A stretch of 64,000 nucleotides of DNA, taken from an uncultured Enterobacteriaceae bacterium (GTDB lineage Bacteria; Desulfobacterota; Binatia; Bin18). The notes beneath the pieces were generated by a model. It saw nothing but the letters and a program-made list of their open reading frames with translations. It searched no databases and was not told the origin of the DNA. The stretch spans positions 169,520-233,519 of the forward strand of contig CAYTVL010000002.1 of assembly GCA_964441775.1 (NCBI GenBank), in the 5' to 3' direction. Made by a program: the position numbers and the translations under genes. Shown here in pieces: positions 38,362-48,310 of this stretch (the first letter of the stretch is position 1; each line of letters begins with the position of its first letter).

Positions 38362-40351
38362 CCTTTTCCCTTTCGCAAACGAACACGGAGTTATGAGTGG
38401 GGGTGATCACCGGACGATCAATGAACAGTCGCATCCACATTTCAAGAGTGAGCAGCGCCCAGATGCGATAGGCATGATCTTCTCTGCGTTTGCGATCATT
38501 TTCAATCAAGCGTCGGATCGTAACCGGATCAAAGTAGCCACGGGCTCGGATTGTTTCCGGCGACAACAGGTCGTCAACTAAGTTAACAAGATCGGTTTCG
38601 AGCCAGCGACGGATGGGGGCTCCGAATCCAGCTTTCCGGCGTTTCAGGATTGCTGGTGGAAGCAGGTCAGCAACGGCGCGGCGGAGGAGATATTTGCTAG
38701 TGAGTCCACGTATTTTCAAATGGGGAGGAACCCCGGCCATGAATTCAACCAGTTCGTTATCGAGAAACGGCACCCGCATTTCGACTGAGGCCGCCATCGT
38801 CAGTTTATCGCCGTAGGTCAAATTCAATTCCGGCAAGAATGTTTTCAGATCGACATGTAACATCCGGTTCACGAAGTCAGTGTCTGACGCCTCTGCGAAA
38901 TACTGGGAATGACGCCGCCCACTATCGAAGGCGACGAATTGTTGTCGCACGTCGGGGTGATAGAGCGACAGTTGTTGCTCTGCCGAGTAATAGGAGCGAT
39001 TGAAGAGATAACGCTCCTCGGGCGACATATCAACGCCGGCCAGCACTTTGCTGAAGTAGCGGTGAAAGGCCATCACTAACCCTGGATGAATACCCGGAAT
39101 ATGGTCCGCGAGCCACGGCAGCGAGGAAAGTCCGGGCTGCAAGATTCCTGAACGAACCTTCTGTGGAAGCCGGGCGAGGGCTTGAGCGAAACGTTCGACA
39201 AGATGGACCCTATACCCGGCAAAAACTTCATCGGCTCCTTGTCCAGACAACAGGACGGTAACTTGAGGGCGGGCGGCTTCAGCAATGAGGAGGGTCGTAA
39301 TTGCTGCTGGGTCCGCTACTGGCTCGTCGAGATGCCACAGGACACGGGGGAGAAGATCAACCACGTTCGGATCGACTTGCAGTCGATGGAAGCGCGCCCC
39401 AAAATGCTGAGCGACTAATTCCGCATAGTGCTCATCAGCGCCTGCCGCCTGCTCCAGGCGTGCGTCTTCATTGCGAAAGGCGATCGTGTATGCTTCTGCC
39501 GGCGTCTGCGTAATCTGGCTCATCAAGCCCAGCAAAATGCTGGAATCCAACCCTCCAGAAAGGAAGAGCCCAACCGGGACATCAGCAATCAAGTGACGTT
39601 GTACGGCGCGCTCAAGAATCGCGCGGAGTTCTCGAGCGTATTCTTCTGTTGAAGCCTGGGAGGTTTCCGTCCAGCGTAGTTGCCAGTAGGGACGCACTTC
39701 AGAGCGACCGTCGCGCCAGCGTAGATAATGGCCCGGCGGTAATTTGTAGATGTTTTTGAACATCGTGCCCGGGCCTGGCGTCCACAGATGGGCGAGAAAA
39801 TAATGTAGGGCTTCAGGGTCAATCTCGCGGCGCACTCGGGGATCAAGCAGGAGAGATTTAATCTCCGAAGCGAAGAGGAGGCTCCCATTGATCTCGGTGT
39901 AGTACAGTGGTTTGATGCCCAAGCGGTCGCGCACTAACCACAACTCCCGCTGACGGGCGTCCCAGAGCGCGAAAGCGAACATGCCATTCAACTGCTGGAA
40001 GGCGTCGCTTCCTTCGTCCTCGTACAGGCGAAGAATCGTTTCCGTGTCCGTGCCTGAGCGGAACTGATGACCTCGGGCCTCTAAGAGGCGGCGCAATTCG
40101 GGGAAATTGTAGACTTCTCCGTTGTAGGTGATCCGGATCGTGCCCTCGGCGTTGGACATCGGCATGTGTCCCGCCGGAGAAAGATCAATGATGCTCAGCC
40201 GTCGATTACCGAGCCCCACCGTTCGGTCTGGAGAGAGATAGATTCCTCCATCATCCGGCCCCCGGTGCGTGATGACCGCCGTCATCCGTTCGAGCAAGTC
40301 TTTATCGGCAAACCCGGCTGTTCCGCAGATGCCACACAAGGCACACCTCAT
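38339..40351 (-). CDS. Asparagine synthetase-family glutamine-dependent amidotransferase, paralog 1
   Basis: Ntn-glutaminase N-terminus with conserved Cys (LCGICG), SGGLDSS PP-loop. A TTG at 40339 with the next codon Cys would give the canonical M-C-G-I N-terminus; the ORF-track ATG at 40351 gives MRCALCGICG. Confidence 0.85.
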   Translation of the reverse strand: MRCALCGICGTAGFADKDLLERMTAVITHRGPDDGGIYLSPDRTVGLGNRRLSIIDLSPAGHMPMSNAEGTIRITYNGEVYNFPELRRLLEARGHQFRSGTDTETILRLYEDEGSDAFQQLNGMFAFALWDARQRELWLVRDRLGIKPLYYTEINGSLLFASEIKSLLLDPRVRREIDPEALHYFLAHLWTPGPGTMFKNIYKLPPGHYLRWRDGRSEVRPYWQLRWTETSQASTEEYARELRAILERAVQRHLIADVPVGLFLSGGLDSSILLGLMSQITQTPAEAYTIAFRNEDARLEQAAGADEHYAELVAQHFGARFHRLQVDPNVVDLLPRVLWHLDEPVADPAAITTLLIAEAARPQVTVLLSGQGADEVFAGYRVHLVERFAQALARLPQKVRSGILQPGLSSLPWLADHIPGIHPGLVMAFHRYFSKVLAGVDMSPEERYLFNRSYYSAEQQLSLYHPDVRQQFVAFDSGRRHSQYFAEASDTDFVNRMLHVDLKTFLPELNLTYGDKLTMAASVEMRVPFLDNELVEFMAGVPPHLKIRGLTSKYLLRRAVADLLPPAILKRRKAGFGAPIRRWLETDLVNLVDDLLSPETIRARGYFDPVTIRRLIENDRKRREDHAYRIWALLTLEMWMRLFIDRPVITPTHNSVFVCEREKDGSLTKP

Positions 40352-40378
40352 TGCAGGTCATAAAACGTATTTACCTCA

Positions 40379-41350
40379 TCAATTGGTCCTGACGCCGTGT
40401 ACACTTTCCGGAGTTGTGATCCACGTCTTATACCCGCCTTGATCTATGGCGCGTTTGACCTCTGTCAGGCGCTGTGGATTATCATAACGGGGGGAAAACC
40501 AGTCAAAGGTATCCAGGACACTCCATTCTTGCTTCTGCTGCTGACTCAACCCGTCAACATCATCTCGATTCGCTAGCGGCACGAGCCGTTCGCATAAAAT
40601 TTTTCCCACATACGGAATGGCTCGAATGGCTCGGCTTACAGGTAAAAGCTTGGGTACGTACCAGGAGACGAACCGGTACAACTGCTGAGGCGGAATTCTT
40701 TTCAGCAGCGGGCGCAGCAGATACTTGGGGTGCAAAAAAGTTTTCCAGGTGCGGGCATAAAACCAGAACCCGATTTCTCCTTCCGGTCCAGGAAAGTCGA
40801 GAAGCACAGTCACGGCTTGTAACGGGGCCGGGGTGTGCTGGATCACTCCTAGAGAGTAGACAAAATCAAAAATATGCTTTTTGAACGGCGGATGATACAT
40901 GTCGGCCTGTACGACAGCAATGTTAGGATAACGACCAAGATTCTCCTGACAGGCGTCCACCGCTTCTGACAAATCAAAGGCAATGACGCGACTGCCATAC
41001 TTGGCGCACACATCAGCAAAACGTCCCGATCCACAGCCGGCGTCCAAAACGAGTTTATTTTGTAAGCGCTCTGATTGAAAGCCGGTTTCTGCGAAAAACC
41101 GCTGCTCGGAGTGCGGTGTCGAGCGAGTGTCGAGCTGGGTTGTTCGGTGCAGTCGCCACTCCAGGCCGAAGTTCTCAGCGTAGTGATGGGCGACGAACCG
41201 CGCCACGCCGCGCATGACTGGATACTGCTGTCGACAAGAAGTGCAGACAAGCGTCCCCTCAATAACATCTTCTTCGGGATGCTCTCCGAGAAGCTGTAAG
41301 TCGCTTCCACAAGCTGGACAGGCTAAATAGGGGAGGAGCCACTGTCTCAT
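40379..41350 (-). CDS. SAM-dependent methyltransferase with N-terminal Trm112-like CxxC...CxxC zinc ribbon
   Basis: N-terminal LACPACGSDL...LVCTSCRQQYPVMRGVARFV, then methyltransferase motif I LDAGCGSGRFADVCAKYGSRVIAFDLS. Confidence 0.65.
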   Translation of the reverse strand: MRQWLLPYLACPACGSDLQLLGEHPEEDVIEGTLVCTSCRQQYPVMRGVARFVAHHYAENFGLEWRLHRTTQLDTRSTPHSEQRFFAETGFQSERLQNKLVLDAGCGSGRFADVCAKYGSRVIAFDLSEAVDACQENLGRYPNIAVVQADMYHPPFKKHIFDFVYSLGVIQHTPAPLQAVTVLLDFPGPEGEIGFWFYARTWKTFLHPKYLLRPLLKRIPPQQLYRFVSWYVPKLLPVSRAIRAIPYVGKILCERLVPLANRDDVDGLSQQQKQEWSVLDTFDWFSPRYDNPQRLTEVKRAIDQGGYKTWITTPESVHGVRTN

Positions 41351-41430
41351 AGGTGCTGCACGCCTCTGCTATGCTTTGCTCTGTTCATCGAAAGGCAACT
41401 GAACACGTTTCCCTCTTTGCTTGTTCTCTC

Positions 41431-43347
41431 TTATGAGAACGATTGCTGACGAATGAATTGACGTTCCCATAGTTCAAGATTTAATAATGTATACAAGCGG
41501 CGCTGGTGATCCTTACCTTCGTGCAGATGTTCGCGCACCAGCTTTTCGACGATATCTCTGCGAAAGTGGCGCGCCACAAAGGAATCCTGACTGAGCAAAC
41601 AGCCCTCTAGCAGATGCCGCAGCTCGTGCTGGAGCCACTGTTTGAGGGGTGGAAGAAACCCTTGTTTACTGCGGGTGAGAATCGGGGACGGGAGAAGTTG
41701 TTGAAGCGCCTGTTTGAAAATATATTTGCCTTCGCGACCGTGCAATTTGTACTCAAGCGGAATGCGGGCGCAGAATTCAACAAATTCGCGGTCCAGAAGC
41801 GGAGGGCGCGCTTCCAGAGCCCAGGCCATGGAGGCGCGGTCAACTTTTACCAGCAGTTGTTCCGGGAGACGAAGGGTAAAACTAAAATATAATTCGCGAT
41901 CCAATCCGGTACATTGTTGAGCCGAATGCCAAAGAGTTTGGAGCGGCTGAAAAGTGGAAGCAGATGGAGCACTCCCATTCGAGACCCACTGGGTCAGCGC
42001 CGCAAAAGGAAACACCTCTTGCAGGGCCAGGTTTCGCTGCCAATCGCGTTCCCCTAAAATGCGCAGACTTTTGCGCACCCGATAGGGAACGCTCGACTCA
42101 CTGTGAAACGGAGACAATAATGCGGCGCAGGCGAGTAAGCCGGACCGCACGAACTCCGGCAGCCAGAGCGATTCAGCCCAACTATAGGAAAGATGTCGCC
42201 AGGTGTACCCAGCAAAATCTTCATCGCCGCCATCGCCGTTGAGGGCGACCGTGACATGCCGCCGGGCAACCTCGGACATAAAATAGGTCGGAATAGCTGA
42301 CTCTTCAGCGTATGGCTCTTCGTAGTGGCGAATAATCGCCGGCAGATGGTCCGGTTTGATTTCGACGGTCAGTTCTGTGTGATCACAGCCGAAGTGCTGG
42401 GCGACCAAGCGGGCATAAGGCGATTCATCACGGTCGCTACCGGCAAAGCTGACGGAAAAGGTTTTCACCGGACGGGACGAGAGCCGGCTCATCAAGGCCA
42501 CAATGGCGCTTGAATCTACACCGCCGCTCAAGAACGCTCCTAACGGCACGTCGCTAATCATGCGCAACCGCGTCGCTTCTTCCAGTTTTTGCAGAATGAG
42601 AGGCTGCAACTCTTGCGCGGGGATCTGAAGTTTTGGCGTAAAATTCGGCGTCCAGTAGGGCTGAATTTCACGCACGCCATGTGCATCGGCCCATACATAG
42701 TGCCCAGCTTGCAGTTTGTAGATGCCTTCGAAGGCCGTAAGCGGAGCCGGGATATAACCGAGGACAAGATACAGGTGCACGGCGGTAAAATTCACTTGGC
42801 GTGAGATGCAGTGATCCTGCAAGAGAGATTGCAGTGTGGACGCGAACAGCACGCCATCGTCTGTGACGGTGTAAAAGAGCGGCTTTTCGCCGATGGGATC
42901 ACGCGCCAGTAACAATCGCTGTCGCCGACCATCCCACAGGCCAAAGGCGAACATGCCGCGCAATTTATTGAGGTACGGGACAATGCCTTCAGGTCCGTGC
43001 TCCTCATAGAGGTGCAGCAGCACTTCAGTGTCACTATAAGTGTGGAAGGTATGCCTCCCCGTCGTTTCGAGGAAAGAGCGCAGGTCCTGGAAGTTGTAAA
43101 TCTCTCCGTTGAAAGTAATCCAGATCGTTTCATCCTCATTCGCCATCGGCTGATTAGCGCGAGCGTCAAGATCAATAATGCTCAGCCGACGATGAGAGAA
43201 CCCTATCCCGGCGCGAGCATCAAGCCAGACCCCCTGGGCGTCCGGCCCCCGATGCTCCATTTGGTCCGCCATGCGCCGGAGCAGTGAGGTGGCTGCTTCC
43301 GTATCTTCCGGGGCTCGGTGCCATAATTTACCGGCTATGCCGCACAT
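41431..43347 (-). CDS. Asparagine synthetase-family glutamine-dependent amidotransferase, paralog 2
   Basis: MCGIAGK N-terminus, SGGVDSS PP-loop, C-terminal synthetase domain. Confidence 0.85.
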   Translation of the reverse strand: MCGIAGKLWHRAPEDTEAATSLLRRMADQMEHRGPDAQGVWLDARAGIGFSHRRLSIIDLDARANQPMANEDETIWITFNGEIYNFQDLRSFLETTGRHTFHTYSDTEVLLHLYEEHGPEGIVPYLNKLRGMFAFGLWDGRRQRLLLARDPIGEKPLFYTVTDDGVLFASTLQSLLQDHCISRQVNFTAVHLYLVLGYIPAPLTAFEGIYKLQAGHYVWADAHGVREIQPYWTPNFTPKLQIPAQELQPLILQKLEEATRLRMISDVPLGAFLSGGVDSSAIVALMSRLSSRPVKTFSVSFAGSDRDESPYARLVAQHFGCDHTELTVEIKPDHLPAIIRHYEEPYAEESAIPTYFMSEVARRHVTVALNGDGGDEDFAGYTWRHLSYSWAESLWLPEFVRSGLLACAALLSPFHSESSVPYRVRKSLRILGERDWQRNLALQEVFPFAALTQWVSNGSAPSASTFQPLQTLWHSAQQCTGLDRELYFSFTLRLPEQLLVKVDRASMAWALEARPPLLDREFVEFCARIPLEYKLHGREGKYIFKQALQQLLPSPILTRSKQGFLPPLKQWLQHELRHLLEGCLLSQDSFVARHFRRDIVEKLVREHLHEGKDHQRRLYTLLNLELWERQFIRQQSFS

Positions 43348-43387
43348 TTTTCTTCAGTTCCTTGTCAGCGGATTGTCGTTGACATTG

Positions 43388-44626
43388 TCAATGGGTGTTG
43401 AGAGGGGAGGGACTAGGAAGCGGATGCAAGCAGTCTTTCAAGATTTGACCGAGCCCCGCATTGATGGTATGCGGCGAGAAGAGACTTTCGACTGCCTGAC
43501 GATTGGTCTGTCCCATTTGTCGGCGTTTCTCCGGTTGCTCCGCCATCTTGATCAGCGCCTCGGAGAGAGCTTGGACATCGCCTGGCGCGACAAATACGCC
43601 ATTTCTTTCTTCTTGAAGAATTTCGGCAAGCGCTCCTACGGGAGTTGTGACAAGAGGCAAACTTGCCGCCATTGCTTCTAACACCGACATGGGAAACCCT
43701 TCCGAATACGAGGGCAGGACGAAGACGTCCGCAGCGCGAAAGGCGTTGAGTTTTTCTTCTCCAGAGATCAGTCCTAGATAGTGCACCCGTTGACCGTAGC
43801 GCTGCTGCAAGTTTTTCCACAAGGTTTGCATCTCTGTTCCATCAAAATGCAATTGACGTCCACACTCGTCAACGAGAATATTATTTTCAGCGATCAGCCA
43901 TTCTCCAGCACATGCAAACGTGGCTTCCGGAATCGCCTCCAACACTGCCGAGATGGCTTTGAGTAGATCGAAAAATCCTTTGGCTGGCGCCAGATGTCCG
44001 AGGAAGAAGACGGTAAACGTCTGCTCGTGTTTGGTCCGCGCGGAAGGATCTATCGTCAAGAATTCTGGAGTGACGGCGTTGTATAAAACGTAGATATGCT
44101 GGTCTGGAAGAATGTTTACAAACTGTGAGCGCAAACGCTGAGCGAGGACGATAACGCCGGAGAGCTGTTGCACAACTCTCGCAATGAAGCGTTGCCAGAT
44201 TGGGGTGGCTTGGCGATAGAACTGCGCAAAATTTCCTCCACGCATATGAGCGACCACTTGCGCACGCAACGCCCGAGCACTCAAGATAATCATGGCGTCA
44301 CGGAGAAACCCGGTCTTATTTTGCGAGAGGTACAAATAGACAATCTGTGGTCGATGGCGAAACAGGGCAACGAGGAGTTGCAGCCAAAGCTGAAAAGCCA
44401 TCCACAAGAGACGAAGAGAGACCGCGCCTTTGGCTTGATTACTGGCATGCACATTCGTGCGCAAATGGTAGAGTTGAAAGTCCTCACCGAGTCCGAGAGA
44501 GAGCAGCATGTGTCCGTTCATTTCTGGTCCTGCGAACGGAGGAGGGGTCGGAACAGCGAGAAGCACGGAGATAGGGTGTGGATATCTCATGTTGGTGGTG
44601 ACGCTGGGGAATGCTATGGTTGCCAA
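43388..44626 (-). CDS. Glycosyltransferase family 4 (GT-B, group 1)
   Basis: C-terminal GT1/GT4 motif (VFVLPSYSEGFPMSVLEAMAASLPLVTTPVG). ORF-track start is TTG; an in-frame ATG lies at 44590. Confidence 0.75.
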   Translation of the reverse strand: MATIAFPSVTTNMRYPHPISVLLAVPTPPPFAGPEMNGHMLLSLGLGEDFQLYHLRTNVHASNQAKGAVSLRLLWMAFQLWLQLLVALFRHRPQIVYLYLSQNKTGFLRDAMIILSARALRAQVVAHMRGGNFAQFYRQATPIWQRFIARVVQQLSGVIVLAQRLRSQFVNILPDQHIYVLYNAVTPEFLTIDPSARTKHEQTFTVFFLGHLAPAKGFFDLLKAISAVLEAIPEATFACAGEWLIAENNILVDECGRQLHFDGTEMQTLWKNLQQRYGQRVHYLGLISGEEKLNAFRAADVFVLPSYSEGFPMSVLEAMAASLPLVTTPVGALAEILQEERNGVFVAPGDVQALSEALIKMAEQPEKRRQMGQTNRQAVESLFSPHTINAGLGQILKDCLHPLPSPSPLNTH

Positions 44627-44641
44627 TGTAAAAAGGAAAGG

Positions 44642-46033
44642 TCAAGCAGGCGCTTCGGAATTGTTCGCCAGAACTTGTTGGTCCGGTAAAGAAGTGAGGG
44701 CGTGTCGTTCTTCTCGCTCCATGCCCCAAGCCAGAGCGACCAACGTCCAGGTGAGCCCCGCGAGCCGCGTGTGTTCCAAGTAATTGTCTATCGCACTAAT
44801 CAGCAGGAGTGTACCTAAGGTCATCGCCGCCGCTAACGCTACTGCTCGCGTCTCCGGCCATTGGGCCCCGCGCGCACTGCGCATCAGCCGCCACCAGGTG
44901 TATGCGTAGATACTCATGAGTGCCGTGAACCCGACAACGCCAGTTTCCGCAAGCAAGGAAATGTAACTCGTGAACGGCCAATCCACCGTGCCAGATCCGA
45001 GTTGAATGTCTGGTTTGAGCAGTAACGGGATGACAATCTGTTCGGCAAGAGGGGTCATATACGTAGGAGGAATGACGCTATACGTGACGTCATCTGCGCC
45101 TCCCCGGTACGGAAGCGCGGCGAAGGTGCGAAAAGCACGGCTCGTGAACGTGCCCGGGCCGACTCCCACAATAGCGCCCCACGGGTGGCTACTCCATACG
45201 GTGGGCAAAGCCATAGTGACCTGCGCCTTGCCCAGTTTGCTGGGCTCGAAATAAGTAAAAAGATCAAAATAATCTGATTCCGGCAAAGGGACGAACAAGG
45301 TGATAAAAGCAACGAGAGCGAGGGCTCCTGTAGCGAGACGGATTGTCCGGAGCACGTCCTTCATTCTATGAAGTCCTTGACTGAACAACGTGATCCCGAC
45401 CGCTAGCGGGTAGAGAACCCACATGGCCTTAAACCCGGCGAGAAAAAAAAAGGGCGTCAGCCCGAGTGCGAGCATCTTCTGGGCCAAAGACGCGGTTCCG
45501 TGTATCCATTTGCTGAAGATGAGTGACAAAATCAAAGCAAGGAAAAATGCGGTCTGATTTGCATTTGTCCCGAACGTAAAGACGAGTGCATCTGAATTGT
45601 CGGCAAGCTCCCGGACTTGAGACAGGCCCAGCCCCAGACCGAGAAGAGCCGTCCCCCAAAAAATTCGTTCGACCCCACGGACGAGCGGCGCGCCTAAATT
45701 GAGATTATAGATTGCTAGTGCAAACAAGATCGGAGTGAGATACCCGGCAACGTACAGCAGACTGGCTGCAGGTAAGAGTTGTGGGAGATTGAGGAGAGAC
45801 GAAGCAATCCAGGTGAGTCCAAAAATCAGGAGAAACCATTCCAGCCGCATCGTGGCAATGCTGCCGGTGCTAGCGAGGCGATAAACAAACGCCCAGATGA
45901 TCAGCAATGGAAAAAGGAGAAAATCAACGGCATTGAACATGCGTGGCAGCACGCCCCACGTTTCGGTGAACAGACGGATCACCAAAATAAGGAGCAGGAG
46001 GGCGTAAATTGTCCATCGTCCCACTGTTTTCAC
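44642..46033 (-). CDS. O-antigen ligase/polymerase-family membrane protein (Wzy/WaaL-like)
   Basis: About 11 TM helices with a large periplasmic loop, lower-GC gene. GTG start. Confidence 0.5.
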   Translation of the reverse strand: MKTVGRWTIYALLLLILVIRLFTETWGVLPRMFNAVDFLLFPLLIIWAFVYRLASTGSIATMRLEWFLLIFGLTWIASSLLNLPQLLPAASLLYVAGYLTPILFALAIYNLNLGAPLVRGVERIFWGTALLGLGLGLSQVRELADNSDALVFTFGTNANQTAFFLALILSLIFSKWIHGTASLAQKMLALGLTPFFFLAGFKAMWVLYPLAVGITLFSQGLHRMKDVLRTIRLATGALALVAFITLFVPLPESDYFDLFTYFEPSKLGKAQVTMALPTVWSSHPWGAIVGVGPGTFTSRAFRTFAALPYRGGADDVTYSVIPPTYMTPLAEQIVIPLLLKPDIQLGSGTVDWPFTSYISLLAETGVVGFTALMSIYAYTWWRLMRSARGAQWPETRAVALAAAMTLGTLLLISAIDNYLEHTRLAGLTWTLVALAWGMEREERHALTSLPDQQVLANNSEAPA

Positions 46034-46051
46034 AGCATCAGCCCGTTTGGA

Positions 46052-47248
46052 TTAGAATCCATCGTTCGTGACTGTTTTGATCAACGATTGTACCCGGTGA
46101 TCATAGGTGTGTTCCGCTCTGATGTACTCGTAGGTGTCTTGCACCATCCTGTCGCGATAACTATCGTCCGCAAAGCGGTCCAGCGCTTCATCGATATTTG
46201 AGAAGCCTTTTTTGATACCAATATAATGGCGGTCGGTCTTCAAAATGCCATTGTAATGACCTTCGAGAAGAAGTTGACACGTTTTTGTTCCAATTGGCTC
46301 CAGATGTCGGGAAGAGATCGCCTTGCCCGAGATATGTTCCGGTAAATTCTGAAAACAGTGCGTGAACATTTCTTCAAAAGAGGCCGTTGGGTGCATGGTC
46401 AGATAAGTCTTCGCGTTGCCGAGGATCTGTCCTCGTCTATCCAAATAATAGCTTCCTGATTCGGCGCCGATAATGCCTTTGCAGTTCTGGAGAAACTGCG
46501 CCCATTCCGAACGAATCAGGCGGCTCGTCGGGCCAGTGCGTATGTCACACGTCAGGCGATTCGATACACCGTTCATGAAATGCGTGAGCAAATGGGTTCT
46601 TTCTTGATCGCCGATAAAATATGGATACAGGTCTCCTCTGAAGCCGATGTCAATGGTCCGTTGTTGCGTTTGTGCAGGCGACTGATAGACGCTCGGATTC
46701 AGGGCGTGGGGCAGAGCGAGCACTCGGGAGTGAAGACATTCGGCATAGAGCCACTGCGCCGTATCGATGGGGAGCTGGCTACACACATAATCAACTTTAG
46801 TAGACTGAAGAAACCCAAACTTTTCGGCCATAAGGTCGTATTCATTGCCAATGAACATGACCAGCTTGCCCCGCCGCTTTTGAAACCAAGAGATGGTCTT
46901 GAGCAAGAGGGACATACTGTCGCCCGCTGCAGAGTGCAAGATGATGATGAGGGGATACGTAGCAATCGCATGTCGATAGCGTCGGTACTCGAAGAGGTTG
47001 GTGATATTGCAAATCTCAACATCTAATTCTGGTGCTCTGCTCAGCGCGTCGCGCCAGTCAAAAATGTAAGAGAGCCCTTCATAGCGCTGACCGAACAGCT
47101 TCCGCACCCAGCGATAGCGGCGGAGCCACAAGGGGAGATTCCGATTGATTTTGACGCCGAGTAGACCCCGTAAAGTCGTATCGGCAATGATCGCTTTCCA
47201 ACCCGCTCCGTCGGAATCAATCACCAGAGTTTTGATGCGCTCTTTCAT
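46052..47248 (-). CDS. Hypothetical protein, possible CgeB-like GT1_2-type glycosyltransferase
   Basis: C-terminal SSRHLEPIGTKTCQLLLEGHYNGIL resembles the E-x7-E-type GT-B motif of CgeB-family proteins. Assignment is weak. Confidence 0.4.
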   Translation of the reverse strand: MKERIKTLVIDSDGAGWKAIIADTTLRGLLGVKINRNLPLWLRRYRWVRKLFGQRYEGLSYIFDWRDALSRAPELDVEICNITNLFEYRRYRHAIATYPLIIILHSAAGDSMSLLLKTISWFQKRRGKLVMFIGNEYDLMAEKFGFLQSTKVDYVCSQLPIDTAQWLYAECLHSRVLALPHALNPSVYQSPAQTQQRTIDIGFRGDLYPYFIGDQERTHLLTHFMNGVSNRLTCDIRTGPTSRLIRSEWAQFLQNCKGIIGAESGSYYLDRRGQILGNAKTYLTMHPTASFEEMFTHCFQNLPEHISGKAISSRHLEPIGTKTCQLLLEGHYNGILKTDRHYIGIKKGFSNIDEALDRFADDSYRDRMVQDTYEYIRAEHTYDHRVQSLIKTVTNDGF

Positions 47249-48291
47249 ACGGACATGTGCGCAGCATGTTTCGCAATACAGGAGTCGATCAGCGGCAACT
47301 GTTGTCGTGTCCAGGCTACCGTCTGTCGTAATCCCTCGTGAAGTTCCACGCGACAGGCGAAGTCCAGTGCTCGTTTGGCTTTTTCAATGCTGCCAAAACG
47401 CTTTCCGGAGTGATCCCAAGTGCGCTTCGGTCCTAGTTCGATCCCTACGAGATTCCCCGCGAGTTCGTTAATCCTGGTCGCCAGCTCTCGGATGGAGCAC
47501 TCCACTCCACTCGCTAAGTTGTACACTTCTCCGGGCGCGCCTCGCGTTGCGCATAGGATGAGCCCACGGACGATGTCCTCGACATAGATGAAATCGCGGG
47601 TGGCGACTCCTCCGTTTTCTACGATGAGCGGCATATGTTTGAGAGCTCGGTAAATAAACGTCGGGGTTACATTACGCCACACGGTCGCCGGCGTGCCGCG
47701 CCATTTGCCAGCGCCCAGGATTTCACCCGGGCCGTACACATTCTGAAAACGCGCCTTCACGACTGGCAGGCCGTGCTGTTGAAAGTAGTAGTTGGAGTAC
47801 AACTCGCCAATGATTTTGGAAATTTGATACGGGCTGTCTAAATACAGAGAAACCGGCGCGTCTTCCGTCGTTGCGTGAGCGTCATCGAACGTCTTTTCGG
47901 CAACCGTACACCCTGCCGAAGAATAGACGACCTTACGGATCTTCTTAAAGTGTTTCAGCCGCTCGTATAGTTTGAGGGTCGTGAGGGTGTTGTTTTCATG
48001 GTCGGCCAGCGGGTCGTGAATGGAACTTTGGTTGCCGTGATAGGTAGCGAGGTGAAAAATGTAGTCGAGATTATTTTCAAGGCGCGACAAGACGGCGTCG
48101 TCTGTAATCGAGCCTTCGATGAACCTTACCTCCGACGTATCGGGAATGTTCGCTCGTTCTGCGGACAAGAGATTGTCGACGATCACGATTGTTCGTGGAT
48201 GCTCTGCGAGCAGCGTCTTGACCAGGTTACTGCCAACGAACCCGGCCCCGCCAACGACGAGAATAGTGCAATTGGTGAAATCGCCACTCAT
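47245..48291 (-). CDS. NAD-dependent epimerase/dehydratase-family protein
   Basis: ILVVGGAGFVGSNLV Rossmann, catalytic YQISK. ATG at 48291 chosen over the upstream GTG at 48306. Confidence 0.75.
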   Translation of the reverse strand: MSGDFTNCTILVVGGAGFVGSNLVKTLLAEHPRTIVIVDNLLSAERANIPDTSEVRFIEGSITDDAVLSRLENNLDYIFHLATYHGNQSSIHDPLADHENNTLTTLKLYERLKHFKKIRKVVYSSAGCTVAEKTFDDAHATTEDAPVSLYLDSPYQISKIIGELYSNYYFQQHGLPVVKARFQNVYGPGEILGAGKWRGTPATVWRNVTPTFIYRALKHMPLIVENGGVATRDFIYVEDIVRGLILCATRGAPGEVYNLASGVECSIRELATRINELAGNLVGIELGPKRTWDHSGKRFGSIEKAKRALDFACRVELHEGLRQTVAWTRQQLPLIDSCIAKHAAHMSV

Positions 48292-48310
48292 ACGTCTGCT
48301 GCCCACAGTC

